Origin: Wickerhamiella versatilis
Taxonomy: Eukaryota
Length of the DNA stretch: 64,000 nucleotides
Reading direction: 5' to 3'
Assembly: GCA_030867685.1 (NCBI GenBank)
Contig: JAQOWU010000008.1
Span: 2,232,001 to 2,296,000 of the forward strand
Shown here: piece by piece, positions 18,520 through 29,050 of the stretch
Layout of the letters: each line of letters opens with the position of its first letter
Numbering within the stretch: the stretch's first letter is position 1
Position numbers and translations under genes: made by a program
The notes under the pieces: model-generated
What the model was told of the DNA's origin: nothing
What the model saw: only the letters and a program-made list of their open reading frames with translations
Databases searched by the model: none

Positions 18520-19944
18520 TTACAGGAAGATGATGGGGAGTAGGACTGCCATGACAGGAATGGCAACCATAGTAGCAGCATTTGCCGTAGAGCCACTTGT
18601 AGATGACGAGGAGGAGTCTGCTGCAGGGGAAGAAGACGAAGGCGAGGAGGAAGAGTCAGATGATGCCGAAGCAGCTGAAGAACTTGCCGAAGCAGCTGCA
18701 GAACTTGCCGAAGCAGTTTCGCTTCCTGAGGCAGATCCACCTGAGCCTGATTCTGTGCTCGACTCGCTTGATGTAGCAGTCGATTCGGCCGAGGAGGAGG
18801 CTTTGGAAGCTTCACTCGAAGTAGTTGAACTTTCCTGTGAAGAGAACGAAGTAGAAGAAGCGGATGTCGATGATGATGGTGAAGAGGAGGAGGAGGACGA
18901 GCTTTCCGTCAAGGAGCCATTAGGTTTGAGACCTGTACCATCTGAAGATCCTAGAATTGTGTTGTCGTCAGTAATCGCTATATTCTTCGAAAGACCATCC
19001 TTAGATGTGTATACGTATGCCGACGAGCCATTAGTTTCTGTTCCCGAGGGAGGATCGTAACATTCAACCTCAACACTTGTAAACTCAGCATAGTAGTAAC
19101 CAGGATCCTGCATATCTTGCGAGTTCCAGTTGATGGATCCACCTGCCCACTCTACTGTACCTTGGGCACTGGAGTCACCAGCAGGCCAAATGCCAAATTG
19201 TATCCGTGCAGGTGTTTGAGGATAACTGTAAGTTTGTGACGTTTGATTGTAAGTGTCATCTTTCTTCAAAGTACGCACCACATTTCCATCAATTGACCAC
19301 TCGATCTGATCCTCCTGCCAGTCAAAGGTGTAACTATGATAGTTTTCGTAAGTATCTGATGTTTGACCACTTATTTCATTTGTGTAATTCAAAGCACCCT
19401 GCCAGTAGTAATTAGTCTGAGGTGCAGTGAGCTGATTGCCAATGCTTTCGAAATCAATCTCGTCCTTTACATTTGACAATAAAATTGCATCCGAAACAAC
19501 ACCACCCCCGTGACTGGTCTTCATATTGATGGTTACCTTGCCATACCATACATAATTAGACGACGACACAGAGGACCCTCCAGAATTCTTGAACATCTGA
19601 GTCCTCAACTTGTTATCAACTGCCGTGATATTACCCAAGTATGACCAGGGGCTCTTTTCTGCATCACCCATATATTCTGAATACGTTGATATGTCGTCAG
19701 TGTTAGTGAAGTTCCAAGTACCAGACTTGCAAGCGGGCATGGCTGCACATGCACCTGGCTCATAAGAATACCGGGGATCGCAACCTCCGAGACAAACGTA
19801 ACCATTACCGCAGGTGCCATCGGTAGAACAGCAAGGATATTCTTCAGGACATGCCTCCTTACCTGCTCCGCAAGATGGAATATTATCTGCACGCACAAAT
19901 GCACAAAGTGCTACAATAGCTACTGGTAGGATTTGGTGTACCAT
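18520..19944 (-). CDS. UTR2: GPI-anchored GH16 chitin transglycosylase with CBM18 (Crh2/Utr2 type)
   Basis: Signal peptide, CPEEYPCCS..G.CG, catalytic DEIDFE, YPQTP, Ser-rich stalk, hydrophobic C-terminus. Confidence 0.9.
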   Translation of the reverse strand: MVHQILPVAIVALCAFVRADNIPSCGAGKEACPEEYPCCSTDGTCGNGYVCLGGCDPRYSYEPGACAAMPACKSGTWNFTNTDDISTYSEYMGDAEKSPWSYLGNITAVDNKLRTQMFKNSGGSSVSSSNYVWYGKVTINMKTSHGGGVVSDAILLSNVKDEIDFESIGNQLTAPQTNYYWQGALNYTNEISGQTSDTYENYHSYTFDWQEDQIEWSIDGNVVRTLKKDDTYNQTSQTYSYPQTPARIQFGIWPAGDSSAQGTVEWAGGSINWNSQDMQDPGYYYAEFTSVEVECYDPPSGTETNGSSAYVYTSKDGLSKNIAITDDNTILGSSDGTGLKPNGSLTESSSSSSSSPSSSTSASSTSFSSQESSTTSSEASKASSSAESTATSSESSTESGSGGSASGSETASASSAAASASSSAASASSDSSSSPSSSSPAADSSSSSTSGSTANAATMVAIPVMAVLLPIIFL

Positions 19945-20482
19945 CAATAGCGTGCCACTAAGCGGGTGAGAAAATTATTTAAGTGGTTCAGTTTTCTATA
20001 CAAGAATAGAATGTCAGGGTAAGGGTAACTTCCTGATTCAGGTAATGTCACGCACTTTATTTCCTGAAAAGATATTTGACGCGTATTATGGCGTTTCAAA
20101 CAACTCCTATAGCCCATATAAGGCATAAACTGAAGTTTAGTAGTATATTTTTTTCAGGGGGTACAGTTTTCGAGATATCGGACTCTTGGCCAGGCTAAAT
20201 TTAGCCATTACACCCACCAATGAATAATCTGGAATATCCTTTTAGGTGTAGAAGCGCGTCTGCCCGCTTCAGGCCCCTTAAAGGACTCGTAATGCAAAAA
20301 CTCCGGTACAGACCAAGATCGAATACCAACCAAAAAAAATAAAAAGCAATAGACTAGCCAGAATTTACGACTATTAGCATATAGCTAAGCCCACAGGCAT
20401 ATAGAGGCCTAAATACTTTACCACTACAAACACCACCAACAGGTCCCGTCCTCCTTAACGTAAAATGAAACTAAGATCTAAC

Positions 20483-20989
20483 CTAATGATGATGCTCATC
20501 AAGAGGCGGTCCAATGTAGTTCAGCTTGTAGCAGCATCCAGATTCCCAGTCACGAGCGATCTTACCAAGCTCGAGCCTTAGGTAGGAGGTCTCCTCGTTG
20601 GAGCCCTGGGGCCATCCTGTGCAGCCAATATAACGGACTGTATCATAACTGTCCACAATTACAGGGTCATCCATGGTTCCCTTTTTATCCTGTCTAAGTG
20701 GAGACTCATCGAAAAGATCAATACCCTCAGCCTTGGCAAGCAGCTCCAAACGCTCAATACCAGTGGCTTGCTCGAATGAGTCTGGCATCTCGTTAGGCTT
20801 AGCACCTGGACCAAGGAGGGAATCAGGGTCCGTTGCCTCTGCAAGTGTGTTCGAGACCTTGAAGTCTGCAGGGCTCTTAGGCCCCGATGCGGGTGCCGAC
20901 ATGGCAACACGCGAGACCGAGAGAGCACGAGTGGCGAACGGAGTCACCGAACGACGTGCAGCCGCAGTCAAGCCCATACGCAAAAACAT
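20483..20989 (-). CDS. COX4: Cytochrome c oxidase subunit IV (COX5B family)
   Basis: Presequence, LLGPGAKP, EQATGIERLELL, GTMDDP, RYIGCTG; Zn ligands altered. Confidence 0.93.
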   Translation of the reverse strand: MFLRMGLTAAARRSVTPFATRALSVSRVAMSAPASGPKSPADFKVSNTLAEATDPDSLLGPGAKPNEMPDSFEQATGIERLELLAKAEGIDLFDESPLRQDKKGTMDDPVIVDSYDTVRYIGCTGWPQGSNEETSYLRLELGKIARDWESGCCYKLNYIGPPLDEHHH

Positions 20990-21236
20990 CCTGTGGAGAG
21001 AAGAGGGATTTCTGCTTACGTTGCTCCAATCACCTTCTTTCTAAGCTCGGTCAGAAGAATCTGAAACCCTAAACCCACCAAACGGTGATACGACCATCAT
21101 TTGGACCCTCCGCGTAATCCAGTGTTTTTGCGAAATGCCAATTGTTTTTGAAAAAGTAATATATATCCACTATAGCACTGCTTAGCTCTCTACATGGCGC
21201 ACATAACAAGACTATGTATATCTATATTTTATAACG

Positions 21237-21929
21237 CTATAGCTTGTACTTGGGCTCCCCCTTATCTTGTAACTGAGCAATAACTTCATGGTATAGCTCT
21301 TGACGAATCATGGCATATGAAGGCGACTTGGCAAATATAGCGAGGCTAGCAGCGGCTGCCTTGGCTTTAGGAAACCCACCCAATGCATCAACCAGGCCTA
21401 CATTGTAGGCTTCTTCCCCAGTAAATCTATGTGCGACGAATGTGATCTTTTGCGTAATTCGTGCTCCGTACTTCACTCGGAGGATAGTCATCATAGGAGG
21501 CAGGAGGGGCGCACCGAATTGCACTTCATTCATACACAGAAAGCCTGCGTCTGGATTCATGACAATGTGGTCATGACATGCCGCAACGAGAAACCCCGCG
21601 GCAAAGGCATGCCCGTTAACCAGGGCTACAGTGGGCCAAGGAAATCGAAGGAATGCCTCCATGACAGGATAATACGAGTTTTCAAAGAAATTGGGAGTGT
21701 TCACAGCACTTTCAAAATCAAGGCCATTACTATAGAATTTTGGGCTCGTGGAGGTGGTTAACAATGGCTTCGCATTTCCGCTAGCAACAATATTTTCCAA
21801 TGCTTCCAGCACATGCGAGCAAAAGGAACTAGTGAACCTGTTGTCAGGTGGATTAGCAAACTCAAGTAAATGACACTCGGGTAAATCAGTATAAACTACA
21901 AGTTTTTCCCCACCTGGCTTCATTGGCAT
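21237..21929 (-). CDS. Enoyl-CoA delta isomerase/crotonase family protein, possibly peroxisomal
   Basis: PDNRFT, KFYSNGLD, PTVALVNGHAFAAG, GFLCMNEV; ends in -YKL. Confidence 0.85.
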   Translation of the reverse strand: MPMKPGGEKLVVYTDLPECHLLEFANPPDNRFTSSFCSHVLEALENIVASGNAKPLLTTSTSPKFYSNGLDFESAVNTPNFFENSYYPVMEAFLRFPWPTVALVNGHAFAAGFLVAACHDHIVMNPDAGFLCMNEVQFGAPLLPPMMTILRVKYGARITQKITFVAHRFTGEEAYNVGLVDALGGFPKAKAAAASLAIFAKSPSYAMIRQELYHEVIAQLQDKGEPKYKL

Positions 21930-22306
21930 ATTGTTCTATATGACAAATCAGTAATAGGTGTGGAGATGGCAACTTTAACCCAACCCTCTAATATGAAGCA
22001 AGGTAATACAAAAGGTTTAGCTAGATGTTGGCTCAATCACAGACTGGAATAGGATAGACTAGAGTACAATGAAATAAGTCTCAAAGATTACGTCCAGTCA
22101 ATTATTCAATCCATAACTAAGAGTGACTTAAAGCCGCTGCCACCCATATGGATAGCAGTATATGTCGAAATTTTTTCCCTTGATTTATTCTTTACAATTT
22201 GAACTTTTTACGTCACCTTAATATTAAGCTATTTAGTACTCGTGCGTACGTACTCTTCGGTACAAATAGTAGAGCACCCTTCGCTTCTCTAAATCGCACG
22301 TGACTT

Positions 22307-23032
22307 TTAGTTCTGTGCCTTGATGAGAGCGTTGATGTTATCCTCACGGTTGCCGAAGGAACCGCCAATAATGAAGTGCTTGAACTTCCGGCGGACACCC
22401 CAGCCACCAGAGGGACTCGACAGGTGGAAAGGCCACAAGAAGTTGTTGGCCTGCTTGAAGTTAGGACCGACAGTGTAGATCTCGTGGATAAGATCTTCAA
22501 TGCAGATGATTCCGTACTTGCCCAGTGACTCTTCAATGATGGCATTGTCAGACAGAGCGACACGCTGCTTGTCGATCTTACCGAAGCCACGCTTGTAGAT
22601 AAGCTGTCTAACAGAGCTCAAGTTGGGGTAACCAAAAGCAACATAAGGCTCGACGATACGGAGGAGCTCAGCAGTAGCCTTGTTGATGCGGACGAAAACG
22701 CCAGCATTGATCTTGGTCAAACGAAGGAGCTGCAAAACCTTGCGAGGCTTGGGGGCAAGCTTGTTCACACCCTTGATACGGATAACGAAAGCAAGCTTCT
22801 CCTCACCAGGGACGTAGACCTCACCGTTAGCGCGAGCATCACGCTGGAGGCGGATCTGCTCACGCTCGGCATCACGGTACTCCTTGACGTACTTTTCAGC
22901 ACGCTGGAAGATAGCCTTGCGCTTCTCCTTGTTTGCGGCACGGCGAGCCACTGCCTCAGCGGCCTTCTGTTCCTTAACCTTCTCGGCGTTCTTGCGAGCC
23001 TTAAGGACAGTCTCGGGCACAACGTCACTCAT
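22307..23032 (-). CDS. RPL7: 60S ribosomal protein uL30 (L7), intronless CDS; ATG at 23032
   Basis: [40 protein letters not shown]; strong codon bias. Confidence 0.97.
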   Translation of the reverse strand: MSDVVPETVLKARKNAEKVKEQKAAEAVARRAANKEKRKAIFQRAEKYVKEYRDAEREQIRLQRDARANGEVYVPGEEKLAFVIRIKGVNKLAPKPRKVLQLLRLTKINAGVFVRINKATAELLRIVEPYVAFGYPNLSSVRQLIYKRGFGKIDKQRVALSDNAIIEESLGKYGIICIEDLIHEIYTVGPNFKQANNFLWPFHLSSPSGGWGVRRKFKHFIIGGSFGNREDNINALIKAQN

Positions 23033-23095
23033 GCTGTTGCGTCTGGACAAGTTACCGGCGTCACAAAGAGTGAGATGGAGGTGAGAACAGGGTTG

Positions 23096-23103
23096 AGCCC
23101 TAA
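23096..23103 (-). promoter_or_regulatory. Tbf1-like site (TTAGGGCT) upstream of RPL7
   Basis: AGCCCTAA at 23096-23103 next to AGGGTT; another TTAGGG at 23438-23443. Tbf1 drives ribosomal protein genes in Candida albicans. Confidence 0.45.
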
Positions 23104-23509
23104 TGACTAACACATAGACTCTTTTCGAAATTGGAGATAACAGGGGTGTGAACCATAAAATTTCTTAAATTTAGTTCTATCGGCTGGGTTTGATCACGAT
23201 TCCTCAACATCAAGGCGAATGAGCAAGCAGTCGGTGCCCTGCGGATTGGCAGGATTTCTAAGGTTACCCTTACCCAAATGTTTGAAATATGATCATTGTG
23301 ATGTGCGGTGGGGTTTATATTTCAGGCCTAAAATGGAATTTCCTATATAAGAGCGTTTATCGTAGGCTAAGAATCTCGATGAGATGGTGTCTATATGCCC
23401 TAGCCCCGTGTTCGAAGAAACTAGAAAAGTGGAGAGGTTAGGGTAACTGTAGGTGATTGGCTTGTCAGTCTGAGCCCACAAATTGAAAGGCGCTGGTCGC
23501 CTTGAGGAA

Positions 23510-25159
23510 ATGGAACATTCTTCGCTGGAACGTCAGAATGCCTTGCAGTCTGCAGGGATATTTGGCTTCTATCCGGACCATAAACAACCCACAGGGGCTG
23601 AGCCACCTTTAATGTTTGCGACGGCACCCACTCTGAGAACCTCTTCGGCAGCAGGTTCTACTGTGGAAGAGCCTGAACCAAAGCATCGGAGGCTTTCATT
23701 CTCCCGTGCCAGTTCCAGTTCTGTTGAATCTACATCATCACTGGTGCATACCCCTACTGAGGACCCCCAAAATGAACTTATGAAGATAGCATTAAATTCG
23801 CTTCAATACCCAGTTGAAAGAGCGGCCCAGCATGTAAGAGAGGACGAGGAAAGTCCACTGGGTGAAAAAAGTCGACAGGTGTTCGGTATGAGTTGGCTAC
23901 TGCGCAATTGTGGGAAGCAGAAAGATTCCAATGTCCCGCGAAATCATATATATGCAGCCTATGTCGCTGCATGCGCCGAATTGAACCTACGACCCCTAAA
24001 TCATGCCAGCTTTGGGAAGCTGGTGCGAACCTGTTTTCCAGATATCAGAACCCGACGATTGGGAGTTCGCGGTAAGTCCAAGTACCACTATTGCGGGGTT
24101 ATGCTGTTGGTTCCTACTCCGGAGCCACGATTAGCCCATGAGCCAGCAAAGATTGTCCAGGCGCCTCCCCATGAGCCTCGGCCAAGTGCAGCATTAGAGC
24201 CAGCAGACCCAATTGCATCCCCAGCATTGGCTCTTCCAGGGCAGCATTTAGGACTATTCCCAAATGCGGAGCTGCCAGAACTGGCTAATTTTGTAGGCGA
24301 TGCTGACCCTGTGGCCGTAACGACACTGCAGAGTCTGTGTACTTCTCATTACCGGCAAATATCGGAGCTTTTCCGCACATTCAATGTTAAGAAGTATTTG
24401 AGCGTATCCGCAGGATTTTGTATGAGTTTGGCTGTTCCAATTCAGCGGCTACTGCTTACGCCGGGTGCCGTTGCGTGGGTGCAGTCGTGCGATAGAACGC
24501 TATATCGTACATTTGTATACCACTGTGGACAGCTGGCTGTTACTCCCATGCTACCTGCAGTTGCTGATGCTTTGCGCGCACTTGCTACTCAACTTCCAGC
24601 AGCATTAGATTTATGTAAAAGGGTACCTGGTGATGTGGTTGCGTCCCAGGCACTAGGAAGGGTCAAAGTGGAGGAAGCTCAAAAGTTCGCCGATATTTTG
24701 GATAGATTACTCCGCGTCAGTGAAAGTGCGCATACCGCTTTAAACGTCCTCACGTCGGAAGAGGTTGTAGCAATGAAGCATGACTGGGAAATGGCGGTCA
24801 CTCCTGCGGCAGCTCGTGATGCTCCATGCGGCCGGGAGCTTGCCACTCAGATGCTGGGCAACGATATTCCATCGTTGCTTTCTCTGAGAAGTGATAACCC
24901 TCTAGAAAACTGGGCTAGATGGCTAGCAGGAATTAAGGAGCATTTCTCTTCAATTGACCCAGCAATTCTTGCATTGCGTATTGGTGCTGTTTCAACCGCA
25001 GCTTTGCGGGATCTGAACAGGGCTGGTTGTGCATCTTTTGGTGCATGGTGGGTTCTGAAGTGTTGGGTGGATGATTGGATGGCCTGGACAGCCGAATCCT
25101 CTGATTTTCTTGGTGCTGCGGTTAGTGTTTCGTCAGCGAAGACGTCACTAGAAAGTTAG
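23510..25159 (+). CDS. RFX1: RFX winged-helix transcription factor
   Basis: RQVFGMSWL, VPRNHIY, PLNHASFGKLVRTCFPDIRTRRLGVRGKSKYHYCG, SFGAWWVLKCWVD. Confidence 0.92.
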   Translation: MEHSSLERQNALQSAGIFGFYPDHKQPTGAEPPLMFATAPTLRTSSAAGSTVEEPEPKHRRLSFSRASSSSVESTSSLVHTPTEDPQNELMKIALNSLQYPVERAAQHVREDEESPLGEKSRQVFGMSWLLRNCGKQKDSNVPRNHIYAAYVAACAELNLRPLNHASFGKLVRTCFPDIRTRRLGVRGKSKYHYCGVMLLVPTPEPRLAHEPAKIVQAPPHEPRPSAALEPADPIASPALALPGQHLGLFPNAELPELANFVGDADPVAVTTLQSLCTSHYRQISELFRTFNVKKYLSVSAGFCMSLAVPIQRLLLTPGAVAWVQSCDRTLYRTFVYHCGQLAVTPMLPAVADALRALATQLPAALDLCKRVPGDVVASQALGRVKVEEAQKFADILDRLLRVSESAHTALNVLTSEEVVAMKHDWEMAVTPAAARDAPCGRELATQMLGNDIPSLLSLRSDNPLENWARWLAGIKEHFSSIDPAILALRIGAVSTAALRDLNRAGCASFGAWWVLKCWVDDWMAWTAESSDFLGAAVSVSSAKTSLES

Positions 25160-25451
25160 AGCATACTTCTATTTTTATTATGCGATGAATCAGACTTCTA
25201 GTGCTCCAGATCCTCTATCTATGAGGCCGCTTTTGACCAAAAAAGGGAGCACTTTTTTTAGTTAAGCTCGAACGTTCGAAGCTTGAACATTTTATTAACC
25301 TGCAAAACAGGCATATTACTTTATATAGGCCATATTTGATGCCCAAATTTACCTGTAGCAGGGATTTGCTCCTCAAAGATGCCTTGTTTATTATAAAAAA
25401 ATCACATAGTTTCTAAGTATAAGCTGTATAACTGGAACAGATTTAAAAACT

Positions 25452-26153
25452 TCACAAAAGCGCAAAGATTATAGCACAAAGGCTACTTGCCATGGAAATC
25501 GATACGAGTTTGTCCGCCAGATTAGCACTAGCACTCGCGTCAGATCCTGATGATTCACTGGCAAGACGTGAACTAGCTCCACTGGCTGCCCCACCAGACA
25601 AGGATTGCAAGTTGCTAGCAGTAGAAACTCCCGTCACTGAGGTGGATAAGTTTCCTGTTTGCGTAACAGAAGCTTTCGATGAATTTCCAAACATCCTTGA
25701 TGATACTGTATTAGTCGCATCACTTGTGTTAGCGTTTACGGCGGACGACGAATTTGGGAATGATATCGAGCTGGGGGCAGTTGAGGACGTTGTTTTAGAC
25801 GAGCTAGTGCCATTTTTGGATTTTTCCACGTTGAAGAAGTTGGAATAGTTCACAAGATCTTTATTGTCGTCATCGATAACCTCTAAAGCATATCGACCAC
25901 TTTCAAAGTCAGCTGGTACTTTCCACTCTACCGTTCCGTCGTTAGAGACATTTTGACCTATCGTGGTAACCGTTTGGAGATTATCGGGACTCCCTTCTTT
26001 GACGAGTAGCGTGATTTTTGAGCCAGTAATATTTGTCCATTCAATGTGGAGCTGATCACCTGCGCTGACAGTAGAGTTTTCAGGTGGTGATATAAAGCTA
26101 TTGCTAGCCGCTGAGGCACCAACCATAAGTCGCAAAAAGTAACTAATTTTCAT
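25452..26153 (-). CDS. Ser/Thr-rich GPI-anchored protein with Kre9/Knh1-like N-terminal domain
   Basis: Signal peptide, I.W...ITL, NDGTVEWKVP, YALEV, NYSNFF, S/T stalk, hydrophobic tail. Confidence 0.8.
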   Translation of the reverse strand: MKISYFLRLMVGASAASNSFISPPENSTVSAGDQLHIEWTNITGSKITLLVKEGSPDNLQTVTTIGQNVSNDGTVEWKVPADFESGRYALEVIDDDNKDLVNYSNFFNVEKSKNGTSSSKTTSSTAPSSISFPNSSSAVNANTSDATNTVSSRMFGNSSKASVTQTGNLSTSVTGVSTASNLQSLSGGAASGASSRLASESSGSDASASANLADKLVSISMASSLCAIIFALL

Positions 26154-26383
26154 ATTGCAATTGAAGTCTCACCTCCCCACACACTCTTAAATATACAGCT
26201 GAGGTAAATGCTTCTAACTATAGGTGGGATAGGGTTCTGCAAGACAAAAGTTTAAACAAGGACTCAAATGAACAAATATTTACGAATAAATTGTTAAAAA
26301 CTTCATGGCGCCAGCACCATAAAGCCGTCTAGCAAAATTTCTGTTGACCAAAATCAACTATGCCTATATATAGTTCAACGTTT

Positions 26384-27307
26384 TCAGATATCATTGAGGG
26401 CCACCGAAATAACACCTTTTTGGTGGCCACGATATTGGCGAACGATCTGTCCATTTAAAAGGTCCCAAAGTCGAACATAATGGTCACTACAAGCAGTTAC
26501 AAGATATGCACTATCAGCTGTGAAAGCACAATCCCAAACCCATCTTTGATGACCGCGTAGGACGTTTTCCATTCTAAAATCTTGGTCTACAGACCAAACA
26601 CGTGTCGTGTGATCCGCAGAGCATGTGGCAAGATGTTTCACATCTGGACTTAGAAGCACTCGTGTAATATATTTAGAATGCGACCTGAATCTCGTAACAG
26701 GGTGCAGGCTAGTAATATCACGGGAATTGACCATTCTCCACACGTAACAATTACCATTGTTGTTTCCAGCCACTATCATGGTGCCATTGCTTGCGACAGA
26801 GACTGATCGTACCGGCACGTACTCCTCTGGTACAAGGTGATGCGTGCATATATTTTCACCAAGGTCCCAAACCCGGACGTTGCCATCTTGATCACACGAA
26901 ATGACCTCACCTTGATTTGGATGTATTACAACGTCATTTACGGGTGATTTGTGTCTATAGTTACGCTGAACAGACGGTGTTCGCATATCCCATACCTTCA
27001 CTGTCCCATCTTCTGAAGAGGTCACCATCCACTTTCCATCAGCCTGAATCGCCAATGCCGTTACATTTGCCTTATGTCCCTCAAAAGTTACAACCGGATT
27101 TGGATTATTGGACTTAATATCATATAACCGCACCGTTTGTGAGCCTGCACATGCAAGATATTTCTTGTCCTGAGTGATGATCATCCGGTTAACTTGCCCA
27201 TCCCCATGTTGTATGGTACGACTGCATACTCCACTTAAAGCTTCCCAGAACTTAACTGTCTGGTCGTAGCCGCTGGAGGCGAGCACCACAGATAGATCTT
27301 CAGACAT
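26384..27307 (-). CDS. LST8: TOR complex subunit Lst8 (WD40)
   Basis: VVLASSGYDQTVKFWEALSGVCSRTIQH, GHQRWVWDCAF. Confidence 0.97.
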   Translation of the reverse strand: MSEDLSVVLASSGYDQTVKFWEALSGVCSRTIQHGDGQVNRMIITQDKKYLACAGSQTVRLYDIKSNNPNPVVTFEGHKANVTALAIQADGKWMVTSSEDGTVKVWDMRTPSVQRNYRHKSPVNDVVIHPNQGEVISCDQDGNVRVWDLGENICTHHLVPEEYVPVRSVSVASNGTMIVAGNNNGNCYVWRMVNSRDITSLHPVTRFRSHSKYITRVLLSPDVKHLATCSADHTTRVWSVDQDFRMENVLRGHQRWVWDCAFTADSAYLVTACSDHYVRLWDLLNGQIVRQYRGHQKGVISVALNDI

Positions 27308-27766
27308 TAGCTCCTTAGTAAGAGCACTATTCTTCGAGCATGAACCGCTGGGATTTGGGCATTTAACTGATTTCGAATATTAGTAGAAATAAAAAGTAAA
27401 TCACCGCATCTAAAGAAATACCTTTTGTTTGGACGAGATTGAAAATTAGGAAAATTTCGAACCAAGAAATGCTTTCATTTCTCTAATCGAGCCAGTTAGA
27501 AGGTATCTAGGTATAAAGTAAGAAATAATCGAGTTATAATCTTTCTTTACATAGTAGTGGGCCCCGGACAAATCTCAAAGTTTTACCGTAGCAACCCATG
27601 ACTTCGAGATGTGTATGACCGTACCTAGAATACGAGGTCATCTATGTCATGAAATGGTATTACAGAATATAGCCAGATTGTTTTATTTGCCTAAATCTAT
27701 CATTGATGTAACAATAATATCTATAAGCATGAAATGGTATCCTCCAGAAAATTCGGTCGGAAGTTT

Positions 27767-27781
27767 AGAACATTCTCGAAG
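27767..27781. promoter_or_regulatory. Heat-shock element upstream of SIS1
   Basis: aGAAcaTTCtcGAAg is a perfect three-unit HSE; extra GAAnnTTC at 27747-27754. Confidence 0.75.
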
Positions 27782-27865
27782 GTTGATTCAAATCGTCTCG
27801 GTAGCCCATTATTAAGTGGTGCACCTTCGTTATTAGTCTTCGTCACTCCCAAAGCAACCTTTACT

Positions 27866-28909
27866 ATGGTGAAAGACACAAAGTTGTATGACTTGCTTGG
27901 TGTGTCGCCATCTGCAGATGAGCAGACCTTGAAGAAGGCTTATCGTAAGATGGCTTTGAAGTACCACCCGGACAAGCCAACTGGTGATGAAGAAAAGTTC
28001 AAGAATTTGTCCGAGGCATTCGATATTCTTTCGAATCCAGAAAAAAAGGAATTGTACGATCAATATGGGCTAGAGGCCGCAAGGACCGGACAAACTCCAA
28101 TGCCTGACTTTGGAGCTGGTGGAGCTGGTGGAGGCTTCCCCGGTGGAGGCTTCCCAGGCGGAGGTGGCCAAACCTTCTCCTTCGGTGGACCAGGAGGCGG
28201 CGGTGGAGCCTTTAGTACTGATGATGCATTTAATATATTCAACATGTTTGCAAATTCTGGTGGAATGGGTGGAATGGGTGGAATGGGTGGAATGGGCGGA
28301 ATGGGCGGAATGGGCGGCGGTTTCGGTGGAGCCGACGACATTTTTGGCCGTTCCACTCGTCGCTCGGGTCGCCCGAAGTCAGCGAGAACTCAGGTAGAGC
28401 CACTTGTAATTCAATTACCTGTAGCTCTCAAGGATATTTACACTGGCACCACTAAAAAGATGATGATCAAGAGGAAGGATCAATACGGAAATCCTGACTC
28501 GAATGTTGTCGAGGTCAATATTAAGCCGGGTTGGAAGGCGGGAACCAAGATCACGTTCAAGGCGCGCGGTGATGTCCAACCTGATGGTTCTGCCCAGGAT
28601 GTTGTATTCGTTGTGGAAGAAAAGAAGGATCCGAAATGGAGACGTGAAGGTAATGACCTATATACCAAGATTCGCATTCCTTTCAAGCAGGCCTTGACGG
28701 GGTTCTCGGAGATTGTTGAAACTCTTGATGGTAAGCGTTTGAAGGTTAGCCAAATGCGTCCTGCGCGTCCAGGCCAGGAAATAAGATTCCCTGGACGGGG
28801 CATGCCAACCAAGACTGGTGGTCATGGTGACCTTGTAGTTGAACTGGATGTTGATGTACCCACTCAACTGACTGAAGCGCAGCGAAAGGCTATCGAAGAA
28901 AACTTTTAA
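27866..28909 (+). CDS. SIS1: Type II Hsp40 co-chaperone; ATG at 27866
   Basis: MVKDTKLYDLLGV, HPD motif, G/F and G/M regions, IKPGWKAGTKITF. Confidence 0.96.
   Translation: MVKDTKLYDLLGVSPSADEQTLKKAYRKMALKYHPDKPTGDEEKFKNLSEAFDILSNPEKKELYDQYGLEAARTGQTPMPDFGAGGAGGGFPGGGFPGGGGQTFSFGGPGGGGGAFSTDDAFNIFNMFANSGGMGGMGGMGGMGGMGGMGGGFGGADDIFGRSTRRSGRPKSARTQVEPLVIQLPVALKDIYTGTTKKMMIKRKDQYGNPDSNVVEVNIKPGWKAGTKITFKARGDVQPDGSAQDVVFVVEEKKDPKWRREGNDLYTKIRIPFKQALTGFSEIVETLDGKRLKVSQMRPARPGQEIRFPGRGMPTKTGGHGDLVVELDVDVPTQLTEAQRKAIEENF
28259..28312 (+). repeat. Coding 9-bp tandem repeat (GGM)x6 in SIS1
   Basis: GGYGGAATG six times. Confidence 0.9.
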
Positions 28910-29050
28910 TGAGTGGTGTTTAACGACTTAGAGTATTTAGCTTCCTATCTATATAGAGGACAATTGAGATTGTTCTGTGAAAAGTTGAGGGTTGATCAGT
29001 TCGAGACTATTGTAATCCTATGTAGGTCAATACTATTAGCATACACAAAT

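Noticed and set aside
18510-19060. Alternative-frame and antisense ORFs over the UTR2 Ser-rich stalk
   Set aside because: Low-complexity shadows of Ser/Ala codons
25261-25288. Palindrome TCGAACGTTCGA with imperfect extension
   Set aside because: Short, single copy, in a convergent 3' region; no transposon TIR/TSD context
28060-28397. Pro-rich and VEW-repeat ORFs over SIS1
   Set aside because: Other-frame readings of the GGM/GGF repeats
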